A stretch of 64,000 bases of DNA from Macrostomum lignano (GCA_002269645.1 NIVC01000969.1:114621-178620); one strand, 5' to 3'; positions 12,611-25,547 are shown, counted from the stretch's first letter. Numbers and translations: made by a program. Notes: generated by a model from the letters alone, not told the origin.

Positions 12611-12863
12611 GAGTTCGAGAGTTTGAATGGAAAGAACAGTTTTGGTCTTCAGTTTCCACATGCGTCACCATCATGGAACGCGTTGACGGAATAAAGCTCT
12701 GCGAACTCTAAAAAAATATTTAAAAAATTCTCAAAATGAATCTGAAAAAAATTTGTGCATTTGCGAAACCCCAAGACTGTGAATTTTTTTCGTGTTAACC
12801 ATTATGTGTCTTAAGCACCGCATTTAGTACCTTTGATTTCATTTGCAACGTAACTCCGCTCAG

Positions 12864-13445
12864 GCAAAGGACATGACCAAACAGGTGGCGGAAATCCAGG
12901 AGGCCTACGACCGCGCAATCGAGAGATTCCAGGGCCTGCTGGGCGAGGCCAAGACCGCAAAACAGCGGGCCCTCGACGAACAGAAGGCTGCCTATGAGAA
13001 GAAACTCGATGAGGTGAACCGCAGTCAGAAAGACATTGAGGCCTCGCTGAACGGTGCAACCCAGAAGGTGCACGAGAACTACAAGGCTGAGATTGACGGC
13101 CTGCGCACTCGTCTTGAGCAGGAGCAGGCAGGCCGCGGCAAGGACTCGCAGGACTACGAGGACAAACTGAAGAAACAGCAGCAGTTCCACCAGAAGGAGA
13201 TCGAGGCGCTCAAATCGCAGCTGGAGTCCGGCAAAGCCAAGGAGCTGGACCGGCTCAAGCGGCAGCACGACGAGCTGCGCAAGGAGCACCTGTCGCACCA
13301 GGCCGACGCTAGGAAGGAGCGCCAGGGCCTCATCGAGAAGCTGGCAAAGGCGGAGGACTTGGTCGAGCAGCTGCGCCAGGACCTCAACAATGTCGGTCTG
13401 TCTGACTCGGCCAAGGACGCTGAGATTTCTCGCCTTTCAGCGGAG
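12864..13445 (+). CDS. FAM184A: FAM184-family protein, exon 3
   Basis: ctcag|GCAAAG acceptor, GAG|GTTCGT donor, 582 nt, E/K/Q-rich coiled coil. Confidence 0.85.
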
Positions 13446-13527
13446 GTTCGTTTGAGTTTATTTGCATTTTTCTATCAATCCTAACCTTGGTTTCGATAAT
13501 GCTCGCCCCTAATCTTTGCACTTCCAG

Positions 13528-13648
13528 CTCAAGACATCGTCAGAAGAACTGAAATCGCAGCAAGAATCGGTGAGAAGTCTGCGCATCGAGCTGCAGACTG
13601 CAACAGACAAGTGCGAGCAGCAGCTCAAGGATATTGTGCAGAAATCTG
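13528..13648 (+). CDS. FAM184A: FAM184-family protein, exon 4
   Basis: cttccag|CTCAAG acceptor, G|GTGAGT phase-1 donor, open coiled-coil frame (LKTSSEELKSQQ...); absent from the ORF track. Confidence 0.8.
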
Positions 13649-13736
13649 GTGAGTCTTTGACTTTTTAACAAACACTTAAGCCTCCTTGGTCATAGAGAAC
13701 AGGGCACTTTAATGAGAATTCTCTTCTCACCCGTAG

Positions 13737-15363
13737 AGTCCATCGGTGAGCTGCAGGCGGCGGTGCTTCAGCACGAGGGCACGATTAAGCGCCAAGCGGA
13801 GGAGCTGGCCCAGCTGCAGCGCCGATGGGAAGACCAGGAGCGGCAGCAGAGCGACAAAGGCCGCGAACAGGACGGGCTACTGCGGCAGGCGGAGAAGCAG
13901 GCGCAGCGCTTGGAACAGCAACTGCAGCAGCTGCGCGAAGAGAAAATGCAAGCGGAACGGCAAGCAGAGGAGGAGAGGCAGCGACTTGTAGCCGAGATGG
14001 ACTCCAAGGAGCGGGCGCTCCTGCAGAAGCAGGACAAGGAAGCCAAGCAAGCCCTGAAAAAGTATCAGGACGAGCTGAAGAAGCAGAAAGCCGGCTTCGA
14101 TTCCGAGATTGAACTGCTAAACAAAGAGAACTCCAGCAAGCTTGAGCTGATGCAAAACGCTGCGGAGAAGGAGAAGAAGGAGGCTCAGAGGGAGCTTTCC
14201 CGGTTGAAGCGCGAGCTCGAGGCGCAACTGAAAGCGCGCGATGAAAAGCTGCACGAGCTGGAACGCCAGCTGCGGGACAAGGAGTCCGGCCTTGGCAGCG
14301 TCTCTGAGACCATGGAGGCGCTGAAGGCGGAGAAAGCGCGACTGCAGGCGGAGGCCGAAGAAGCGGTCGGTCGCGCCAAGGTTGAAGCGGCAGAGGCAGC
14401 GAGACTGCGGCAGGAGCTGGAGCGGCTGCGGTCGGTTTATGAGCAACGGCTCAAGGAGTCCAAGAAGGATCTGAATCAGAAAATGAACGAGCTGTCCGCC
14501 GACCTGGACAAGAAGTGGGCGGACACGCTGCGCCGTGAGACTGCCAAGCTGCGTCAGGAGTACGACATCCAGAGCAAGGCCGACAGCCAGGCCGGTCTTA
14601 AAGCGTTCAAAAAGTTGAAGGAAGAGGAGGCGGCCGAGGCGGCGCGGCAGGCGGAGGCGCGCGAGCGGAAGCTAAAAGAGGAAATCGAAGCACTGCGCGA
14701 GGCGGCTGCGGCAGCAGAGGCCGCCTGGCAGTCTCGACTGGACGAGGCTCGCGCCGAGGCGGAGAAGCAAGTGGCCGCGCTTCAGCGGGAGCTGCAGGCA
14801 GCGGAGAAGCGAGCCGCAGGCGAGTTGGAGAAACTCCGGCGTGAGAAGGACGGCGAGCTGGCGGCAACGAAGGACAGCCTGAATCGGCAGCTGCTGGAGC
14901 TGCAGTCGGCCGGCAGCGGCCTGGCCGAAGAGACGAAGCGCAGGGCGCAGCTGGAGGCGCGAGCGGAGCTGGAGAAGCTGCGGCTGGAGCTTGAGCAAGC
15001 CAAGCAAAAAGCCCTGGACGAACTGAGCAGCCGGATGGAGCGCGAGAAGGAGCAGGTGCGAAGCGAGATGGTCGGCCGATTTGCGGCTGAGCTTGACGGG
15101 CACTCGTCCAGCTATCGGCAGCAGCTGGCTGAGGTGCAGGCGGCCCTCGAGCAGGCCAAGGCGGAGGCAGAGGCGCGGGAACGGGCGCTGGCCCAGCGCG
15201 CCGATTCGCTGCGCGGCGAGTGCGCGGAGCGGGAGCGCAAGATTGACAAACTGCTGCGGGACGCGGAGGCGGCTCGAGAGGAGGCGACGGCACTGCGGCG
15301 TAGCCTGGAGGCGAAGAGTCGAGAGGCTGCAGAGGCCAAGTCCGAGTTTGATGAAGGAATCAG
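13737..15363 (+). CDS. FAM184A: FAM184-family protein, exon 5 (long coiled coil)
   Basis: ccgtag|AG phase-1 acceptor in frame with ORF 13712-15367; AG|GTGATT phase-2 donor. Confidence 0.9.
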
Positions 15364-15450
15364 GTGATTCTGGGATAAATCAGTGATTAGATCTTTGTTT
15401 ACTTGTGTCAAAACGTGAATACAATATTTCACACTTTTGTTCTCGCGCAG

Positions 15451-15715
15451 AAAACGGGAGGAAGAGATCACCGTGCATTTCGAGGCCCGCCTGCTGAAAG
15501 TCCGAGAGGAGGCGGCTTCTGAGAAGCAGCGAGTCATCACAGAGTTCTCAAAGGCGCAGGAGCTGCTAAAGATGAAGATTTTGGACTATAAGCAGCGCTT
15601 GGAGGACAGCGAGGACCGGCTGCGAAAGCGGGACCCCAGGCCCGAAGATGTGGAGACTATTCAGGGCCTCCGGGCGCGGCTCAGCGAGCGCGAAGCCGAG
15701 GTGGCCAAGCTGGTG
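15451..15715 (+). CDS. FAM184A: FAM184-family protein, exon 6
   Basis: cgcgcag|A phase-2 acceptor; RDPRPEDVETI resembles FAM184 RESxPED; GTG|GTGAGC donor. Confidence 0.85.
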
Positions 15716-15974
15716 GTGAGCTTTCGAGGAAATCCTTAACTAACGGGACAGAAATTTGCTTTCAAATTTGTACACGTGATGACATTGAAAAACTTTGAGA
15801 AAAAGAAAGAAATGTAAATATCGACCATCCCAGAAGATAGTGGTAATAAGCGGCTTGAATTGTCTTAACTAAAAAGACTTTAAATACTACTGTCAATGAG
15901 TAGACTGCAAACTCGTTCGCATTTATGGAAAAGTATGTTTGAATGTCCTTCTTTCACTTTCCCCGTCACTGCAG

Positions 15975-16088
15975 GAGGACATGCGGTTCTATAAGAACGA
16001 GTTGATCAACAGGGAGACCAACTACAACAAGGTGTTTAATAGTACAAATGGGCCGCATGTTGGACTCGTGAATCCACTGGCTGCCAAG
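15975..16088 (+). CDS. FAM184A: FAM184-family protein, exon 7
   Basis: EDMRFYKNELINRETNYNKVFN matches FAM184 FYQLELVNRETNFNKVFN; ctgcag acceptor, AAG|GTTTGT donor. Confidence 0.9.
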
Positions 16089-16109
16089 GTTTGTCACTGA
16101 GTTGGGTAT

Positions 16110-16386
16110 TCACACTAGCTTACTGAGGGGCTTAGGTACAGACACCAGACTACTGAGGAGCTTAGGTACAGACACCAGACTACTAAGGAGCTTAGGTACG
16201 GACACCAGACTACTGAGTGGCTTAGGTACAGACACCAGACTACTGAGTGGCTTAGGTACGGACACCAGACTACTGAGTGACTTAGGTACGGACACCAGAC
16301 TACTGAGGAGCTTAGGTAAAGACACTAGACTATTGAGAAGCTTAGGTACAGACACCAGACTACTGAGGAGCTTAGGTACGGACACC
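16110..16386. repeat. 30-bp minisatellite (about 9 units) in FAM184 intron 7
   Basis: cttaggtacagacaccagactactgaggag. Confidence 0.95.
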
Positions 16387-16417
16387 ATCCTGCATCCGAT
16401 CTCACTCCATATTGCAG

Positions 16418-16606
16418 CAGAAGAAGCGCAACTCAGTGTCGGATTCTCCCAGCCAGTCGGCCGCCAGCTCCACCGGCTCTCTGAAGGGCAAGGGCCGCCT
16501 GGCGCCGCTGCCCGGTTCGCCGATGCACGACGAGCCGTTGACGCCGTCGAAGCCGCTGCCGCCGGCCTCCGTGCTGGCTTCCGGGTCTAGCAAGAAGTTC
16601 TTGTAG
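16418..16606 (+). CDS. FAM184A: FAM184-family protein, exon 8 (terminal)
   Basis: ttgcag|CAGAAG acceptor; LAPLPGSPMHDEPL...KPLP resembles the FAM184 tail LDPIPNSPVHD...KPLP; TAG at 16604-16606. Joined model about 1104 aa. Confidence 0.85.
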   Translation, partial: QKKRNSVSDSPSQSAASSTGSLKGKGRLAPLPGSPMHDEPLTPSKPLPPASVLASGSSKKFL

Positions 16607-17209
16607 CCAATCATCACGCTGTAGCTAAAAATATCCTTTAGAAACTTTCGTTGACTGACTTCGAGTGCAGGGTGCAAAACCAGTTGAAAACTACTCCAAT
16701 TTCAATGGCGTATTTTCATGTGCTGGACAAAATTCTTCAGAATCTTCTCGACTGATCGAGCGCGCTTTGATTGGTCAGTTGTTGGCTTTGCTTTCTAGTG
16801 CATGTGTACGTAACTGTGAACTTTATGATTGGCTTTTCTTGTAGTACAACACTGTTTATTGTGAATAATGCTTATTTTACATTGACTACTTCGAAATACT
16901 TAATACACATATGCAAACTCAGAATTATAGATCTGATAATTTTATTCATTAGCCTAAAGCGCTGAGACTCTTTCTGAGCTTTGTTCATGCTGTCAATGTC
17001 TCAGGTAGGCAACTTTTAGTTCGATAGTTCAACACATTTAAAGTGAATGCGTGAGAGGCGAGAGCCTAATGCAACCTTTGTTATCCTGCTCGTTTATCAT
17101 ATCAACCTAGTGAGAATATTTAATTCAAATGAATAAAATAACCGCTGGAGCTGTGGTCCTGCACAGGACGCCGCCTTCGCGAAGTGGCAGGCTCTCTGTT
17201 GTCGTCCGA

Positions 17210-17350
17210 TCCAGTTTAAGCACATTTGTACTCTACAAAGAATCTGATTCTGGAGTGCGACGCCTCACCATACTGCCTGGGTTCAACCGCATGGTGCATC
17301 GCGCTGGTGCTTCTCTGTTGGGAGCCGACGCCCTAAGCCGCCTCAGTTTC
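17210..17350 (+). mobile_element. Possible Gypsy RNase H C-terminal remnant, opposite orientation
   Basis: VRRLTILPGFNRMVHRAGASLLGADALSRL resembles the RW..L..F.F.I.HR.G....ADALSRL motif. Confidence 0.45.
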
Positions 17351-17689
17351 AACGCCCATATAGCTTGTTATGCTGCTGGGTTACCTGGACGATGGACCCG
17401 GGACAGCAGTCCAAGTGAAAGCCTTGACCCGGCGGGATCCTGTGCGTTCTCGAGCGTTGTATTTTACAAAAAGTGTCACAGTCAGCGTCACGTCAGTTGT
17501 AGCTCAAGCGGTCAAGCGGTGCATCCGAAATGGCCTACGCAGCGAGTCACGGACCTCAGAATCAGCACTTAGCACTCATCAAATAACTGGTCGAAGACTC
17601 AGCAGCATCCTTATCCTTGGAGTCCATCGGGCGCTGTCAGCGACTATAGGGACGACTCAGCGGTGGTCACCCCGTTACTGAGGACCTCT

Positions 17690-18580
17690 AAGGACGTAAC
17701 CCACATGTCGTCGCACTACCCGGTCGTTACCATCGAATCCGCAGTGGTAGGATGCAGGGCCAGCAACATCAAATACTCTAGCCGGCTTCATTCAAACCGT
17801 CGGCCCAAAAGTCTCTGGCCGGGACCGTGTCGCCAGGTTTGTACGTCCGGAATCGGACCTCGCTGTCGTGTTGCTCCTTCTGCTGGCTCTGCTTGCTTGC
17901 TTAGGTCAGGACGAGCTGTGTTCAGTAGTGTTCTTAGCTTACGTCTGATGGGGAGCTCGCAGGAAGAAACACCGGTAGTCGTATGCGGTGTGGCACGATA
18001 AGTCGATAACTCAGCAAAAACCGTGTAACCTCCTCCAAAGATCTGTCACGCTGCTTTTCCCGAGACCGCTTTAGCGTCTGGGCAGCTCTGGACGGCCAGA
18101 CCATTAAACGCTGAATAATGGATGCCACCCGGGCGTGCTGGATACCGTTCTTACGCAGGAATTCTGACATCTATTCGAGCCTGTTATCCAACACAATAAT
18201 GTCTGGGAAACAATGGGTCGCAAAAACTTGAAACTTCTGGGTAGTGGCTGACGAAGTTGCAAAAGCAACCACACGCACGTCTAAACATTTGGAATTGGCG
18301 TCGACCACCACCACTACCGGCATCTTGCCAGCTGCCGCTTCAGCGTAGTCATGTGCAATCGCGGTCTATCTGGTCACGGCCAGGGAAGCATCGGCGAAGG
18401 TATTGGCGCCGGTACTCTTTGGCAAGGCAATCAATCTCATCGTCCATGTCAGGCCACCAGAAGTAGCCCAGGGCCAACGATTTCATGCGCGACGCTCCTG
18501 AATGGCACTGGTGGATCACTTGGAGCAACACAGCCCGAGCTGCAACTGGGATGACTCAGGCCAGCCAGTTTTTGTGACGG
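17690..18580 (-). mobile_element. Decayed Ty3/Gypsy pol (integrase) fragment
   Basis: Broken frames give GWP, IHQCHSGASRMKSLALGYFWWPDMD (zinc-binding region), FLRKNGIQH...RAAQTLK...FLLSYR (core), YKPGDTV and GPASY...RRHV (C-terminal); many frameshifts; no LTRs seen. Confidence 0.8.
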
Positions 18581-19329
18581 AATAAACTGTTTTTGTGGTT
18601 TTAGTTATAGTTTTGTCCGGACGTTTAAAAAAGTCTTTCATTTTGGTTGGTGCATCAAGGACTACTTAACGAAGTGACTTCAGTGGTCCTTGTGGTGCAT
18701 TCAGTTGCTTGATTGTCGCATCATTTTTCTCATTTTGTCCAATATTTTGTTACAATATTGTTCGTCACTATAGTTGTAGGATCTCTACCAACAGATATAC
18801 TGCAAAGTATTCTCACTTATGACATTTTCATATCCTTTACGCAATTCTGAAAGTTTTTGGTGCTCCAAGATTTGATCTTCATCGGGCAAGGATGTGGTAG
18901 CGTGGCCTTAGTGCGATGTCTACATGTACAATGTAGGTAAGAAATGTTTAACCAAAGTTCAAATTTTACGCAGCCTGCTACTGCAGGGATGAATACAAAA
19001 ATGTTCGCAAGAGAAGACAGTGTTGAGCATGTCAGACACAGAAGAGACCATTTTCGAGTACTACGCGTGTACATAGTACAATTACAAAAATTACTGACTA
19101 AACGGTACTTACAGTGCTTAAACTTTTCCCTTTGCAATCAGCTTGTCTTGGCTTCCTTTTAGTCCCAGTGCAACACTTTGTGAATAATATTTCCCTTTTA
19201 TCGACTAGCGACACGTACTAATATAAATACAACACATCTGCTAGCTCGGACTTATAGATCGAATGATGTTATCCTTAGTCTAAAACTTTGAGACTTTCTG
19301 AGCTTTAGCCCATGCTGCTGCGTATATTG

Positions 19330-19630
19330 ATTTGGGCGAATTTCTCAGGTGGCACATTGGGGAATCAACCCGACTTGGGGGGGGGGGATTTGTTCGGCAA
19401 GCCATTCCCGTTCTGTGCGAGTGGTTGAAGACTCCCCTATTGGTCGCAGAGGCATTATGGATTCGCTGCGGGTCAGCGAACCCCCGGTCAGGACCAGGAT
19501 GCGACCTGGCCTAAAGAGTGTCACTGCTTAGGATTTGCGTTATGCAGCGCATTCCCAGGCCTTCTCAGTTTCCGTGTAACGCTGAAGCGCATTGCGAGCG
19601 TCTGCTCGGTAAGTCAGTAAAGCGATATTG
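19330..19630 (+). mobile_element. Possible SINE/LINE2-type 3' end fragment
   Basis: tgaagcgcattgcgag...gtaaagcgatat resembles the L2-type tail aagcgc...gag...aaagcgctat; single copy here, weak. Confidence 0.3.
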
Positions 19631-20562
19631 CTATGGCTGAATTCCATGTGCATTTAACTTGTATCGCACTCATTTTTCCACCTAAAGAGGGGTTCATATT
19701 ACGCGAGTACCTCTGCCGGTCGTCCAAGATTGCTCAAATTTGATCAATCTTGGACCCGCAACAGTTCGAATTTTAAAGTACAGCTCTACAGTATGTAAGC
19801 AGAGTTTCAAGTACATTTTAGTATTTATTTAGCTCTATACTTGTAAAGTGTCTCAAGTCCCTCACCAATACGATTGGCATGAGTAGATCAACCAAGGACC
19901 ACTAGTCCTTGAGATCAACGTGCAGAGCAGGCCCAATCAGCCTGACTTATTTAACAAAAAATGAATTGGCTCAAGAAGTATGCTGCTTCTCCAGAGACGA
20001 TGTTGTCGCCATCCTTTCATCCCCTCTGTTGCATCTTCTTTTTGAGAAATTTCTTTGCGCCCTGGGCTGATGCAGCTTAGAAAATACTGTGCGGATTTCT
20101 TGGCAGGTTGAAATCTACGAGTATTTTCTGGTGTACTCAACGGGAAATAGCAGACAGTGCAGCCTCCCAGAGCAGCAGGTGATTACTCATTCTATTGTCT
20201 TGGCATGAGTGCCGGCTTGAGCTCTCTGACCTTGAGCTCTAAGTTGAGCAGGACTTTTGCAGTAGCGCCCATCTGCTCACGACTTTTTAGGAAACTCTTC
20301 ATTGCCTGAGCTCTCATTGTTTGGCGTGAAGTTGAGTGACAGACAACAGCAAGCAGACTTTGACAGTCCAGAACTGACATATTCTCGACTGTAGCTTCTT
20401 CTAGCTAACACTACCAAACTGCATATTTCATTGGCTTAAAACATGCTTGTATTTTACAAGACACGGCAATACTCTTTACACAATAGATTTCACACCTGCC
20501 GATAAATTTGGTTCAGGATGCTAGATCATATCGCGTACGGTAATGCACAGATTCATGAATTC

Positions 20563-21098
20563 ATGATCTTCCTCACCAAGTAGCCATTCTGTCTCATGGA
20601 TGAGAGCTTCCTCACCAACTAGCCATTCTGTCTCATAGATGAGAGCTTCCTCACCAACTAGCCATTCTGTCTCATAGATGAGAGCTTCCTCACCAACTAG
20701 CCATTCTGTCTCATAGATGAGAGCTTCCTCACCAACTAGCCATTCTGTCTCATAGATGAGAGCTTCCTCACCAACTAGCCATTCTGTCTCATGCTGCAGA
20801 TGAGAGCTTCCTCACCAAGTAGCCAATGTGTCTCATGCTGCAGATGAGAGCTTCCTCACCAGGTAGCCATTCTGTCTCATGCTGCAGATGAGAGCTTCCT
20901 CACCAGGTAGCCATTCTGTCTCATGCTGCAGATGAGAGCTTTCTCCCCACGTAGCCATTCTGTCTCATAGATGAGAGCTTCCTCACCAAGTAGCCAATGT
21001 GTCTCATGCTGCAGATGAGAGATTTCTCCCCAAGTAGCCATTTTGTCTCATGCTGCAGATGAGAGATTTCTCCCCAAGTATCCATTCTGTCTCATGCT
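20563..21098. repeat. 39/46-bp minisatellite
   Basis: gatgagagcttcctcaccaactagccattctgtctcata; later units gain tgctgca. Confidence 0.95.
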
Positions 21099-21661
21099 CA
21101 CTGAGCAAAGTCTGGGCACAAAATACTCTGTCCATCTTAAGAGAGGCCGGGAAAGTGCAGACGGAATTGGCAGCCGTCACGGATAAAGCAGTGACGCGCG
21201 CATGGTTTCAAGCTGAATCAAAATATTAATTTGTCTAATGACCGGGGCAGACTGAGGATTGGCAAAGGAAGAGTGCGCCGCAGAGTCCTGAGGCACTAGC
21301 AGCTCAGCATCATCAGCGCAGTGCTGTGGGATGGCTGGCGGCCTAGTCTAGCGAGAAATCCGTGAAATTAGCCGTCATCCAACGGACAGGCTGAGAGAAA
21401 GGAAAATAATTAATCTGAGTTTCTAAAGAACCTGGCTCAGAAAGTGCTGGTATACGAGAGCGGAGTTTATCTAGCTAAAAAGAGTCCAACCGAGCAGGAA
21501 CTGCTAGAATACTATTGAGCACGGGAAGCGCAAAGTTTATGAGGCTGATCATTTGGAGCGCATGACTACCTGGTCATGGTCAGGCAGTTTACACACTGTA
21601 ATATGGTCTTGAGTGTGTACACGGAATTAAACCTAAAATCAATGATTCGAGTGAAAATCTT

Positions 21662-22172
<511 letters not shown>

Positions 22173-23331
22173 CGGCTCTTTGTAAGCTGAAGTTTCAATC
22201 TGGGAAAGAAATGCTGAATGTTGTAAAATGTAAGAAAAGGAGATCCAATTAATTGGTTATTTCTTGAGTTCCGACTTTCGTTCCCAGCTCTTCCGTTCTC
22301 CATAGCGCTTTGAGTAGTCATTGAGCCCCAAAGAAGCTAACCTACATTGAAGAAAAGATGTTTTGAGATTCTTGCGATTTCGAATTTAATTTTTAATTCG
22401 AACGACTATATACAATGCTCGGGCCATAATTCGCTTTGGTTCTACTGTCAGTAGCTGAAACTCGAACGTAATTTATTCACGAAATGGTTTCTACCCCAAT
22501 CAGTTTCAAATTACCAGAGCCCAGAGTAAATGCCAAGTCGTCCCTAAATGCAATCCGTCCCTGGACGAGTCCGCCTCTTCTGGCACAGCTCGCGTCAGAG
22601 GATTTCTTGGTTTTTTGAAATTTAATTTGACAGAAATAAGAAACTTTGACGGTCAAACTTTGCGCAGCTGGGACGAAATTCCCAGATACGATGATTTATT
22701 CATTCACTAGGAATTCGGTTGCCCAAAGCACAGTAAAGAAGTGCGGCCAGCAACAGACTTCTTACTTTACTTCTGAACACAGTTCTCTGAGCTGTTGTGA
22801 GTATACAAGATAGTGTTCTCATGTCAAACGGTATTCACTATTGTGCTCAAAGGCAATTGCAAGCCGGGTACCTGAGTAAGCGATCCAACTGGCCTACATA
22901 GTAACAAAAGCTGAGCCAGTAGAAACAATGCTGCACCTGTCAACACCGCGGCCTCATAGCTGTTCGGGTCGGGAGAACAGCTGCTTGTTGACATTGGCGC
23001 CGCTGGTGGCTGCATTCCTGAGTTGCATGGTGAAACAGGTAAGAAAAGAATGCACCGACATGCTGTAGTCAAGGTCAAGTGCGTCAATTGTAGGAAGATG
23101 TGCTCACAATGAATGCCTCAATGAACTCTAACGTAGAGCATGAATTTCATCCTAAAGCATAAATATCTATAGAAACTATAATTGAGATGCCCCTAACCCC
23201 TGTCCTTCCCAGATCCCAGATCTCAAATCCTCGCCAGCCCTAAAGTACGTATAATGAGCGAAACTTTATAGGCTTCTCGTGAGGCTCCAATGCCCGAGCG
23301 TCGGTCTCAGACTAGATGAGAGCTTCCTCAC

Positions 23332-23636
23332 CATTATTATTATTATCACTATTACACCTGCCCTAATGGCCAGATGTGCAACCGACAGCTCAGCCGCAGC
23401 TATTGCGCGGCGCATCTGAAGGCTGCGTACGGCTGTTCAGTCCAAGGACTGGGGGGTCGCCACACACCCTCAATTATCCCAGCTAATGCTGGCAACCATT
23501 TTACAGCTGGGTGAACTGAAGCAATGCAGAGTTAAGTGTCTTGCTCAAGAACGCAAATTGTTCCAGTGGGATCGAGAATCGAACCCCCGACCTTTAAGTC
23601 ATGAGTCTGACGCTCTAAACACTGGGCTACAGCCTC
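23332..23636 (-). mobile_element. tRNA-derived CORE-like SINE, copy 1
   Basis: Minus-strand head with A box (tagcccagtg) and B box (ggttcgattc); ccattttacagctgggtgaactgaagcaatgcagagttaagtgtcttgctcaa aligns to the reverse-complement MIR CORE; (TAA)n tail. Confidence 0.8.
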
Positions 23637-24037
23637 TTCTATTGTCTCAGAAGAATTCAACGGATCCTGATTGACCTAATAACACTTGCTAACTACGAAT
23701 CGATCTGAACTCATGGGGGCGGGCGGAATTCCTAGCTAAACAGAGCCTTGAATGACTCAAGTGAGTTCAGTCAAGCCGATATAGATTCAAACCGCAGATT
23801 CTGTTATGATGAGAGCGGCCTCTGGAGCATACATACAGTCCGCTGGTGAATACTGCCAGTTCAAATTGATACTGTGTATTCTGAATATTAAGTGGGAAGC
23901 TCCGATTAATTGTAGCGCAGGCTGATAAGCTAATTAATTAATTGGCTTGGCCAACACGAGCCATATTTGCCTGGCGGCCGCATTGCTTTTCGGTGAATAG
24001 GACAGAAGCTTATTGCCTTCTCTGCCAGTTTGACCTA

Positions 24038-24885
24038 GCTTCCTCTAGCACCTGTGCTAGCCTCCATTGGCTTCCTCTAGCACCTGTGCTAGCCTCCATT
24101 GGCTTCCTCTAGCACCTGTGCTAGCCTCCATTGGCTTCCTCTAGCACCTGTGCTAGCCTCCATTGGCTTCATCTAGCACCTGTGCTAGCCTCCATTGGCT
24201 TCCTCTAGCACCTGTGCTAGCCTCCATTGGCTTCCTCTAGCACCTGTGCTAGCCTCTATTGGCTTCCTCTAGCACCTGTGCTAGCCTCTATTGGCTTCCT
24301 CTAGCACCTGTGCTAGCCTCTATTGGCTTCCTCTAGCACCTGTGCTAGCCTCTATTGGCTTCCTCTAGCACCTGTGCTAGCCTCTATTGGCTTCCTCTAG
24401 CACCTGTGCTAGCCTCCATTGGCTTCCTCTAGCACCTGTGCTAGCCTCCATTGGCTTCCTCTAGCACCTGTGCTAGCCTCCATTGGCTTCCTCTAGCACC
24501 TGTGCTAGCTTCCATTGGCTTCCTCTAGCACCTGTGCTAGCCTCCATTGGCTTCCTCTAGCACCTGTGCTAGCCTCTATTGGCTTCCTCTAGCACCTGTG
24601 CTAGCCTCCATTGGCTTCCTCTAGCACCTGTGCTAGCCTCCATTGGCTTCCTCTAGCACCTGTGCTAGCCTCCATTGGCTTCCTCTAGCACCTGTGCTAG
24701 CCTCCATTGGCTTCCTCTAGCACCTGTGCTAGCCTCCATTGGCTTCCTCTAGCACCTGTGCTTGCTTTCATTGGGCTCAAATTACACCTGTGCCAGCCTG
24801 ACTAGCCTGAAATGACACCTGTGCTAGCCTGACTGGTCCCATTGACACCTGTGCTAGCCTGACTGGTCCCAATGACACCTGTGTT
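24038..24885. repeat. 32-bp minisatellite with internal palindrome (about 22 units plus degenerate tail)
   Basis: ggcttcctctagcacctgtgctagcctccatt. Confidence 0.95.
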
Positions 24886-25407
24886 TGCATCGCATTTATC
24901 TATGAATTTACTACAGCTGTCGCATATATCGGGAAAACAAATATGATTGAAAATTCGCACCTTACCGACTTCAAAATCTACGGACTAGCACAGGCCGCAC
25001 CTGCTCTCTGTCCACTCGCAATGACCCGCGCAGCTGAGAGAGAATTGCCCGCTGCGTGGCGCGTAACGGGAAGCGCAGCACAAGAGGCTGCTTAGCGAGA
25101 AGAGCGAGGAACCGCTGCTTGAATTTTCGAATACGCTTCACGCTTAAATTGTAATTCGATTGGACATCCTTGCAGTCTGCTCTCCTTCCCATACTTCTCT
25201 ATAATGGCACTTCCACTGAATTGCTGAGTTGCCGGAAAAATTCTTACTCTTAGCAGTATTACGCCCGTAGTTGGGCATTACTTGAGCTGTGTGGGGAGAC
25301 CAGGCTCTCAGATGCAGGGATTGGGAAGCTATGAGCCTTCTTATTCTGAATATGATGGAAAGTATAGCTGAACGATTCTCAAAAACACGTAGATTCTCAT
25401 AGAGCTG

Positions 25408-25547
<140 letters not shown>

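Noticed and set aside
10853-12674. Long Cys/Trp-rich ORFs (VSGLWCQ...) in all three minus frames
   Set aside because: The 14/28-bp unit lacks stops on that strand; antisense to a FAM184 intron.
23560-23636. tRNA gene candidates (also about 33996, 35450, 48438, 53650)
   Set aside because: A/B boxes are present but there is no complete cloverleaf, and each continues into a SINE body.
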